Source: a virus
Taxonomy: Duplodnaviria; Caudoviricetes
IMG/VR virus record: IMGVR_UViG_3300021255_002536
Coordinates: 1 to 64,000 of that record
DNA: 64,000 bases
Reading direction: 5' to 3' (one strand)
The notes under the pieces are model-generated. The model saw only the letters and a list, made by a program, of their open reading frames with translations, searched no databases and was not told the DNA's origin. The first letter of the stretch is position 1; each line of letters starts with the position of its first letter. A program made the position numbers and the translations under genes. Positions 55,101 through 61,926 of the stretch are shown in pieces.

Positions 55101-57849
55101 ACATCTTCGAGAGATACTGACCATATTCCTTATTGAAGTTACGAATGGCAGCATGACGCTGACGGGTGCCCTCCCCTGCTTCATCAATGGCTTTCCTGAA
55201 GCGGTCGAGACGGGCATTGGCAATGGCAGACTCGCGATTGAAGTCCGACATCGTAGTATTGAAGCCCTCCATCCACTTCGTAGCCTTCTGTGTCTTACCG
55301 ATAACATCGGCAATGACCATGGCCAGGGAGGTAAGCAAGGTGATTACAACACCGATAACATTAGCCTTCTGTGCCACATTCAGGGCCTTCCATGCAGCTA
55401 CGAGTCCATTGGTGCGAAGTGTGGCAATTACAGCGTTCTGTCCCATCAGACCTATCGAACTTGCCACACCAGTAATAGCTGCTGCAACACCCTTGAACAT
55501 CAGACCTGCGAGGATGGCAGGTAGCATGTAAAGCAATATCTTCAGTTCGCCGATTATCAGGGCCAACACACCCTTCATCACGCCCATGGTAACGACATTG
55601 TTCGTCATCGTCTGACTCAGGTCATACCATGCCTTTGCCAGCTGCTTCACGCTGTCAACACCATCAGGATTGACAAATGCCTTTTCCCAGATGTTACCTG
55701 CACGCTCCATGAGAGCGTTTGCCGTTTCCTGCTGGATAGCGTACTCTTTAGAAACAGCCGTAGCCTCCTGGAAGGCTTCTTCTGAGGTTGCCAGGTGCTC
55801 CTTCAGCATATCCACATTCTTCGACATTGTGACCATCACGTTCACCAGTCGGGCACCCTCAGAACCGAGATCCTTAAACACGCTTTGCAGGGCATTCATA
55901 TTTCCCTTCTCACGCATTTGCTCGAATACCAATACCATCGCATCCACAATCTTACCGGCAGAATACAGACGGTTGATGGTACCAGGCTCAATGCTCAATT
56001 CCTTCTCAATCAGGTTGTGCTTTGTCTGGAGGCTCGTTATGAACTTGTTAAATGCCGTAGAAGCCACTTCAGGCATCAAAAACATCGAGTCGGCTGCTGA
56101 TCCCAAACCTAAGAGCTGGTCAGTCGTGATACCTGCGGTGCGGGCCATACCGGTGAGTCGTTTCGAAAACTCCACGATATTGCCTGCGGTGGCGGTAGAG
56201 GTTGCAGCCAACTGGAACATAGCAGAACCGGTGGCCAACATCGATTTCTCTACTCCCATCTTCGGTATCAGACCCATTACCTCGGTAATCTTCGAGAGAG
56301 CTGTCAGTGCATCAGCTCCCAGATCTTCTTTCAGGGCTACGTTTACCTGGTTGGCAGCACGAGTGAAACCTTCAAGTCCCTCGATACCATATTTTGCCAT
56401 ACCGAGTTTTGCACCGGCATAGGCGATTTGGTTCAATTCCTGAATAGTGGTACGTGTATCGAGTTTTGCCAAACGGACAGCCAACTCATCAATAGACTTC
56501 ATGGCTAATCCTGACACCTTACGAATGTCTGCCAACTGGTCACTGAAGGCGAAATTATCCTTAAACACCTTCGTCACCTTACGGATGGCGATAGAGAACA
56601 TCTGGAAGGCACCGAAGTAGGCGGTCATATTCTTCAGCGTCGTACCCCAAGCGGATGACTGTTGCTGTACGGCACCCGTCGTTTTGTTAATCTCAGCACG
56701 AAGAGCGGCCAACTGCTTCTGCTTACTGGTAAACTCACCCGTGCGACGGGTCATGGTGGCAATCTCCTGCTCCAACTGTTTTGCAGCCTGCTTCAATTTC
56801 TCCAAGGGTGTGGTTTTTAGGTTGGCCATAACCTTGTTGATATCGATAGCTCTCTTATCCACGTTGGCGAGGGCCGTTTCCAGTTGCTTGGCCCACTGCA
56901 CCCATGCCTTACGGCGAGGATCGCCAGTACCCATCTTATCCAACTGAGCACGACAGGCTTCCAAGCCCTTACGCAGTTGCTCCGGAGTGGCGGCATTCAG
57001 ATTCTTGGTGAGTGCATTTACACTCTTAGCCACCTCCTTCGTTGTAGGGATGGCTTCTTTCTCCTTACCGGCTATCTTATCCAGTTCTAACTCCGTCTGC
57101 TTCAACAGCGCATTGATCTGTTCAATCTCTTTTTTCTTAGCCTCTGTAGTAGGACTGATAGTGTCACGCTTGGCCAACAGAGCACTACGGGCATCACGCA
57201 GTTGGGCAGCACTGGCACCACCGGCAGTCATTGTCTGTACGGCGGTGGCGTAGTTAGCATTGATGGTATTCATCGACCTTGCAGCCGTGCGTTTTGCCTC
57301 TTCTGCCTCTAACTTTTTCAGTATGCCTACCTGCACCTGGTACTCATGGTTTTGTTTGTCGATCGAGGCGATATGCGTCTTTTGCTGACTGATAGCTTTG
57401 GAGAGCCAGGAGTCAGTGCGCGACGACAAATCATTGATATGCTTACCGATGTTGACGTATGTACCCTCCAGCACCTTTATCTGGTCGTTGATGGCCTTAT
57501 ACTTCTGACGCAGGGAGTCCAGACGCTTCGAGTTCTCGCTGGTCGAGCTCATTTCCTTCTTCACCTGAGCCAGGGCCAACTTCAACTGACGCAATGACGA
57601 ATCAGCAAGGTTCTGTGTCACCTTGCTTACCTTGGTCATATCTGCCTCGGTATTCTTGATGGCTGCTCGCAGGTCTTTGATGTCCTGGAGCATATTCTTT
57701 GCCTTGGCGGTTCCAGCCTTACCAGCGTTATTCAGTTGCTCGTAAGACTTCGTGAGCTTATCCAACTCCACTTTCATGGCCCTTACAGCGGCCTTCGGTT
57801 GGGCGCTGTTACAGGTAATGACGATCTCAGCTTTCTTATTCGATGGCAT
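52108..57849 (-). CDS. Tail tape measure protein
   Basis: 1913 aa, coiled-coil and Ala-rich; FSD.LADIRKV.G TP901-like core; hydrophobic segments; GE.GPE.V C-terminal motif. Confidence 0.9.
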   Translation of the reverse strand: MPSNKKAEIVITCNSAQPKAAVRAMKVELDKLTKSYEQLNNAGKAGTAKAKNMLQDIKDLRAAIKNTEADMTKVSKVTQNLADSSLRQLKLALAQVKKEMSSTSENSKRLDSLRQKYKAINDQIKVLEGTYVNIGKHINDLSSRTDSWLSKAISQQKTHIASIDKQNHEYQVQVGILKKLEAEEAKRTAARSMNTINANYATAVQTMTAGGASAAQLRDARSALLAKRDTISPTTEAKKKEIEQINALLKQTELELDKIAGKEKEAIPTTKEVAKSVNALTKNLNAATPEQLRKGLEACRAQLDKMGTGDPRRKAWVQWAKQLETALANVDKRAIDINKVMANLKTTPLEKLKQAAKQLEQEIATMTRRTGEFTSKQKQLAALRAEINKTTGAVQQQSSAWGTTLKNMTAYFGAFQMFSIAIRKVTKVFKDNFAFSDQLADIRKVSGLAMKSIDELAVRLAKLDTRTTIQELNQIAYAGAKLGMAKYGIEGLEGFTRAANQVNVALKEDLGADALTALSKITEVMGLIPKMGVEKSMLATGSAMFQLAATSTATAGNIVEFSKRLTGMARTAGITTDQLLGLGSAADSMFLMPEVASTAFNKFITSLQTKHNLIEKELSIEPGTINRLYSAGKIVDAMVLVFEQMREKGNMNALQSVFKDLGSEGARLVNVMVTMSKNVDMLKEHLATSEEAFQEATAVSKEYAIQQETANALMERAGNIWEKAFVNPDGVDSVKQLAKAWYDLSQTMTNNVVTMGVMKGVLALIIGELKILLYMLPAILAGLMFKGVAAAITGVASSIGLMGQNAVIATLRTNGLVAAWKALNVAQKANVIGVVITLLTSLAMVIADVIGKTQKATKWMEGFNTTMSDFNRESAIANARLDRFRKAIDEAGEGTRQRHAAIRNFNKEYGQYLSKMLTEKSTAEDVANAYKEVVKQMRAKIALQMKEKDIEKQVAPRIGWQADRLTEYDQQAGGTAYNGTWLKAYVDDMREAGKSVEEINRELAKKLGVNSTIAQDAYNKRSQKSPTTYFDAKTAQSQIGFGMEPDAGAVRNNSRQLTQQEKMLYAATRYAAQVYSTANALDKVNKKWEPFQEDIVKAVDESPGTLDNEAPDKEEAARRKREEAERRKALRAEMKEEQGKAKAIIDNVKNYYERQITAITEMATEGGMDPQLQKKLVDGMTIRMNSALANVRQAIAGTENEWQQFRETMIQDLYEPLGDDGTNQSTQLLDDIIHNDIDKLKEMITTLSKELGQNGSVLLDQIWRKATENELQNAKKENQAYQERQKLLLEKNYTGKVNKDYEGQMEQLGLAELTSGQTQNLMQFSKDGNKAGIQTAVAERSKMWQEAFLNAREHIVDVFATDVSTEEGQKAMLTLLFGPDYEKNVGGSWLAGILNMDLQQWQVFYQKLIEMSDAYTDAQKKAYDEAKRRADFVFNNRSDVQQIDQTTTTLSDESSYVQRFETDKSVAQQMGLTWNMESDPEVMRYRLLAERAKLYYEEMDRLRQQDKISEQQLTEAKRQMMDAQNAMADKVAAKFQERIGLLQSFSEPLATFAEGVGEKLGNMIAETEDSNIKLRDLAKDMLKAYAKMTIQMIAEDLTRRVKRQLYYRQEEADETQHQATMLQIQQAFATIMQTVQATSDATRLAQHQTANATELSEEAAATTGKVSLGIAGGAAKIIGTLGFWGIPLIAVISALLMGLLSWAISAALGGSDSGAEASGQNVKLATGMLTYDSGNVQSFGGGQQGQTQTVVGNDGNVYQTQHVDKLSTGLVTKPISTMVNGQPAVVGEKGPEMVIGRETTQAMMMNRPDLMNEIVKFDKNRSGMHYRMYDEGNLADFAEGMAGTDAAAAPSLSQEDVQQLRGAITEFTAMMLLLQKNGLHVNKYGRGGIAEEAEDGAQFMGRYSGSRLWNKKK

Positions 57850-57879
57850 ACTTCACCTATTATATTATTATTACTGCCA

Positions 57880-57916
57880 CAAAATTACGAAATCCGGAGG
57901 CTGACCTTGTGACAAA
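57880..57916 (-). promoter_or_regulatory. Phage-type promoter TTTGTCAC-N21-TAATTTTG (tape measure-ACP-KS unit)
   Basis: + strand caaaatta 57880-57887 and gtgacaaa 57909-57916. Confidence 0.8.
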
Positions 57917-57927
57917 GGGGTATGCAG

Positions 57928-57966
57928 AAAAAGTCCGGAGCGGGTCATCGCGACAGGCTCCGGACT
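57928..57966 (-). terminator. Intrinsic terminator
   Basis: AGTCCGGAGC/GCTCCGGACT stem with T-run on the minus strand. Confidence 0.75.
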
Positions 57967-58015
57967 ATCTGATTTATTCAGAAGTTGTTTGTCAATTAGA
58001 AAAAGACCATATTCA

Positions 58016-58588
58016 TTACTTTTGTTTCGCGTTATCGATAGCCAGTTTCACATCATCCCAGGCAGCCATGACGAAGTTCTCGGTGTCGGGATTATATTCG
58101 CCCACGTAGGTAATGGCAGCTTTTGCATCACCCTCTACATGGTCGTTGATCACGAAAAACTCGAAGGGTTCAATCTTCGGCGGCTGCACAGCGTCGGACT
58201 CTATCTGTTCACGCACGGCGCGACGGATGCGATCCAGTTCGCCAGGGTTCACCTTCACGCCCTGCTCAATCCTTGCATTCACGGCCTTGCGCTGTTCATC
58301 ACGCACATGTTTATCCCACGCTTCGGCCATCAGCTTATTCATCAGATAGAGGTAGGTGTTATTCAGGAAGCGTTGCCAGTGGTCGGCACCACGTCCCAGC
58401 ATGACAATGGCCAACGGCTCGGCCACGTACAGACGGCGCTCCTGCTGGTTCCATGCCAATAGGCCCTTCGTCATCAGTGTTTCCAACGAACCGAAAACCG
58501 ATGCCGTCTGATGCAGATCTTTCAGGTCAGCCTTACGCTTCCTGTGTTCCCTCCACGCTTTCAGCGGGTTCTTCAGTCGTATCTTCAT
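58016..58588 (-). CDS. Hypothetical protein
   Basis: 190-aa ORF ending before the terminator. Confidence 0.7.
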   Translation of the reverse strand: MKIRLKNPLKAWREHRKRKADLKDLHQTASVFGSLETLMTKGLLAWNQQERRLYVAEPLAIVMLGRGADHWQRFLNNTYLYLMNKLMAEAWDKHVRDEQRKAVNARIEQGVKVNPGELDRIRRAVREQIESDAVQPPKIEPFEFFVINDHVEGDAKAAITYVGEYNPDTENFVMAAWDDVKLAIDNAKQK

Positions 58589-59195
58589 GCTCTACGGGTT
58601 TTTCGTTATTATCTTCGGGCTGTTCGGCAGCGGCCTCCGACGGCTTCTCATCCGTTTCCTCAGCGGCTTCCTTGCCCTTCTTTCCACCTTTTCGACCTGC
58701 CAGACGGAACAGCGACCATGCCGACGATACCAGCATGTCGATGCGCTCCTGGTCGGTGCCTACATAAGTGGTATAGTGATACTGTCCTGGTGTGACCACA
58801 CTCAGCAAAGCACCCTGCACGATGACGGTGGCTTTCTCACCCTCTATCACCAGCAGCGACTCCACCACCGAGTCATGGTGTCTCGCAGTCAGCGGGAAGT
58901 CCATGCCCAACTGTGAGCGCATCAAGGCCGTCTGGTCGTCTTTGGTCAGGATGGCCACCTCTTTCAGCCACTCGCGCTGGCGATACCAGAGCAACAGTCT
59001 TAGCATTGGAATATCTATCGTCGGGATGACGATCTTCACGGTCAGAGAGTTGCCTGCCAGACAACTAATGGCTTTCATCAGTTTATCGAAGGTCACATCA
59101 CCATTCGATTGCCACGTAGCAAGCGGATACTTTTTCAGCAGCTGCGGCAACTGGTGCCCTATGCAGCACGGCTCCATAATAGAAAACGTTTCCAT
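58533..59195 (-). CDS. Hypothetical protein with acidic tail (possibly degenerate PLD-like fold)
   Basis: 220 aa; no intact HKD motif. Confidence 0.65.
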   Translation of the reverse strand: METFSIMEPCCIGHQLPQLLKKYPLATWQSNGDVTFDKLMKAISCLAGNSLTVKIVIPTIDIPMLRLLLWYRQREWLKEVAILTKDDQTALMRSQLGMDFPLTARHHDSVVESLLVIEGEKATVIVQGALLSVVTPGQYHYTTYVGTDQERIDMLVSSAWSLFRLAGRKGGKKGKEAAEETDEKPSEAAAEQPEDNNEKPVEHEDTTEEPAESVEGTQEA

Positions 59196-59226
59196 ACTAT
59201 ATACCTTTTTAAATATTAATACGCCA

Positions 59227-59263
59227 CAAAGTTAGGAGTAAAACGACGTAACCATGTGACAAA
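59227..59263 (-). promoter_or_regulatory. Phage-type promoter TTTGTCAC-N21-TAACTTTG
   Basis: + strand caaagtta 59227-59234 and gtgacaaa 59256-59263. Confidence 0.8.
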
Positions 59264-59302
59264 CATTTTCGGGGAACCACGAATTTCACGAATTACACGA
59301 AT

Positions 59303-59431
59303 TTACACTGCAATACGATTTTCTTTCGCCAGACGATAGCATAAAGCCTCGCAAAGCACACGGGCATACTCTACACCTGTAGAAGTACCTCCAACCCCAC
59401 AAAACAAATCAATATATAATAGCTTTATCAT
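59303..59431 (-). pseudogene. Internally deleted C5-cytosine DNA methyltransferase remnant (42 aa)
   Basis: MIKLLYIDLFCGVGGTSTGVE-YARVLCEALCYRLAKENRIAV: motif I joined to a terminal-helix-like segment. Confidence 0.75.
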
Positions 59432-59748
59432 AGCGTCAATAATAATATCATAAGGATTAGCAACAATAGCTGCTGAAGAAGGGATAGACGGAAGCGGATA
59501 TCGGCACGGATGTAGGATCTGCTGTGCCAGGGATGACCGTCGTACACTTTATTATAAATATCGTTGGGGTCAACACTCAAAATCCGCATAATGTTATGCC
59601 CAATATCGGACGGATGGATAGGATGCCACCAACCACCAGCATCACCGGCTCCGATACATACATTCCGGATAACACGGTGTAGCCTGGGCGAGTTATGACA
59701 CTGCCCATTATGCCGGTTATGGCGCTGGAGTATGAGGTTAGCTTTCAT
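59428..59748 (-). CDS. His-rich small protein with C-terminal TM helix
   Basis: Likely start MKANLI at 59748; LLQQLLLLILMILLLTL tail. Confidence 0.55.
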   Translation of the reverse strand: MKANLILQRHNRHNGQCHNSPRLHRVIRNVCIGAGDAGGWWHPIHPSDIGHNIMRILSVDPNDIYNKVYDGHPWHSRSYIRADIRFRLSLLQQLLLLILMILLLTL

Positions 59749-60100
59749 CGGAATGGTTCGACTGTTTATCACTCCACTGGAGGTTGGTCACGTCGTTGTT
59801 TTCCTTATTGCCATCGATATGCAACACGTAGGGATAATCACATGGATTAGGGACGAAGTGGGTAGCCACAAGGCGATGCACCTTATACGTCTTACCTTCA
59901 ATCCGGACACGGCGATAACCCTTACCATTATACGATGCTATCACACGCCACGTCTTAGGATCTGACAGTACGTTACGTGTCGAGCGCACAGTACCGTCAT
60001 CGAATATGAAGTAGAAAGTGTGGCCCGCTGTCTGAAAGAAGCAGGCGCACTCTCTACGAGTATTCATATCATCAATTATGGCTTTCTTTGTTTCACTCAT
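59738..60100 (-). CDS. HNH endonuclease
   Basis: GY.RV...VHRLVA..F.PNP....V.HIDGNK.NN...NLQW. Confidence 0.9.
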   Translation of the reverse strand: MSETKKAIIDDMNTRRECACFFQTAGHTFYFIFDDGTVRSTRNVLSDPKTWRVIASYNGKGYRRVRIEGKTYKVHRLVATHFVPNPCDYPYVLHIDGNKENNDVTNLQWSDKQSNHSDES

Positions 60101-60101
60101 A

Positions 60102-61250
60102 CTAATTCAACTGCATGGGCATGGTGAGCTCAGTAAGTACGGAATTGTCGGCATCCTCTTTGAACAGGATGGGCTTCGAGTTAGAAGTGAGTTCCAGGCG
60201 CACATTGTCGGTACTGATGTTACACAGCAATTCGATGATATGCGCACACTTACAACCGATACTGAAGCCGTCGGGGATATTCATGGCATCCTCCACCTCG
60301 GCGAGTACCAGATTCTCGTTGGCAGCCTTAGAAAAATCGTTATCCTCGGCAGAGAGATTCAGGAACATGCCTTCCTTAGTCAGTCGTACCATATTCGACG
60401 ACTCCGAGGCCATCAGCGACACACGACGGGCAGCACCTATCAGGTTCGAAACGGGCAGGATAGCATGATAGGGGCATTCCGACGGGATAACTGAATTGTA
60501 GTTGGGATATTTACCTTCGATATCGCGGATGGTAAAGGCGATGTCACCAGACTCGATACACATGTGCTTACCATCGTGGGTCACAGTAACGGTTTCCAGA
60601 CCGGCGAACGGTGCGGAGAGGGTACCGATGAGCGAGTTGTGTATCAGGATGACACGCTTCTCACCCGTCAGGAACGGAAGGCCATGCTGGTAGGCATACT
60701 TATAAAGTTTATGACCATTGGTAGCCACGAAGATAACACCCTCATCCTGCACATCGAGACATACGGCACTGAATACGGGACGCAAAGGATCGTCAGGCGT
60801 ACAGCACGAGGTGGCAGCCTTCATCGCGGGGAACAGGATTTTTGTCTCTATCTCGAAACTGGTGGTCGGGGTGGTCATCTTTGCCACAGCGGGATATTCA
60901 TCGGCACGCTCTACGGGGACGCTCACCATACCAGTGGCATACTTGAACTTCGCCACCAATGCCTGCATATCCACATCGATCTCCACAGGCTGCTCAGGCA
61001 GTGAGCCCAACAGTCCGATGATATCATTACACTGGAGGCAGAACTTCTCAAAGTCCGTCTCGCTGTCGAGCGTCAGATTGATAGGCATGCACAACGAGTT
61101 TTCCTGTGATGAACCAGTGATAAAGAATTTACCATCACGCTCGGTAAAGAGGTGGTCGAGCAATATCGGCAGCGAACACTTCTTCTGCATCACGGCTCCA
61201 GTGGCCTTCAGCACACGGAGCAATTCTTTTGCGGAAACATTAAACCTCAT
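60102..61250 (-). CDS. dnaN: DNA polymerase III beta sliding clamp
   Basis: LPIL, RPVF..V, VATNGH.L, I.GKYPNY..VIP and MPMQL motifs. Confidence 0.93.
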   Translation of the reverse strand: MRFNVSAKELLRVLKATGAVMQKKCSLPILLDHLFTERDGKFFITGSSQENSLCMPINLTLDSETDFEKFCLQCNDIIGLLGSLPEQPVEIDVDMQALVAKFKYATGMVSVPVERADEYPAVAKMTTPTTSFEIETKILFPAMKAATSCCTPDDPLRPVFSAVCLDVQDEGVIFVATNGHKLYKYAYQHGLPFLTGEKRVILIHNSLIGTLSAPFAGLETVTVTHDGKHMCIESGDIAFTIRDIEGKYPNYNSVIPSECPYHAILPVSNLIGAARRVSLMASESSNMVRLTKEGMFLNLSAEDNDFSKAANENLVLAEVEDAMNIPDGFSIGCKCAHIIELLCNISTDNVRLELTSNSKPILFKEDADNSVLTELTMPMQLN

Positions 61251-61270
61251 AACTCAATTTGTTTAATCCG

Positions 61271-61888
61271 TTAGAATGGCAGATCGTCGGGTGCTTCTTC
61301 GCCTCCGAAGGGGTCTGCATAGTCTGTTGGTGCCTGGGTAGAGTAGCCAGTCACGCCCTGAGCGACGGGTGCGCTGCTGTTACGTGGCTGCTGCTGGGTG
61401 TTCTGTTCCTCGATGAGATACGAGTCACCCATCTGGAAGGGCATCAGCGTAGAGATAGCCTTTGCCAGGTCGGTGCCCTGCGTGTCGGTCTGGTTAGCCA
61501 ATTCCGGATGCTCGGCAATCACACGTTTGGCGAGGACGGCACGGATCTTGGCACGCTTCTCTTCGGGCAACGTGTAGCATACCGAATAGGCAGGCACGTT
61601 ATAGGCGGTAATCTGTTCGCCCTCACGGGTCAGACGGTCGCGAATGGTCTGGATATACTTACCACTCAGTCCACGATGTACGAAGGTGAGGAAGGCACGG
61701 AAACCGCTGGCATTGCGCTTGCCTTCATCGCGGGTATCGGCCTTGATGTCGATGCCGTTGATACCGGTGGGAATGAAAATACCAGGAATCTTCACCTTAC
61801 CTTTGCCGTCGGCGGTTGGAAACTCCGGCTCAATGTAACGGGCTCCAGTGAAAATGCCCGCGTCAATAGAAAAACGATACTTTGACAT
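61271..61888 (-). CDS. Putative single-stranded DNA-binding protein
   Basis: GIFIP...N.I core, low-complexity linker, C-terminal DDLPF. Confidence 0.55.
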   Translation of the reverse strand: MSKYRFSIDAGIFTGARYIEPEFPTADGKGKVKIPGIFIPTGINGIDIKADTRDEGKRNASGFRAFLTFVHRGLSGKYIQTIRDRLTREGEQITAYNVPAYSVCYTLPEEKRAKIRAVLAKRVIAEHPELANQTDTQGTDLAKAISTLMPFQMGDSYLIEEQNTQQQPRNSSAPVAQGVTGYSTQAPTDYADPFGGEEAPDDLPF

Positions 61889-61926
61889 ATTACTATATTT
61901 TAAAGTGAATAATTATCAATTCTCAA

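Noticed and set aside
58533-59195. Active phospholipase D-like nuclease
   Set aside because: No HxKxxxxD motif; the resemblance is weak.
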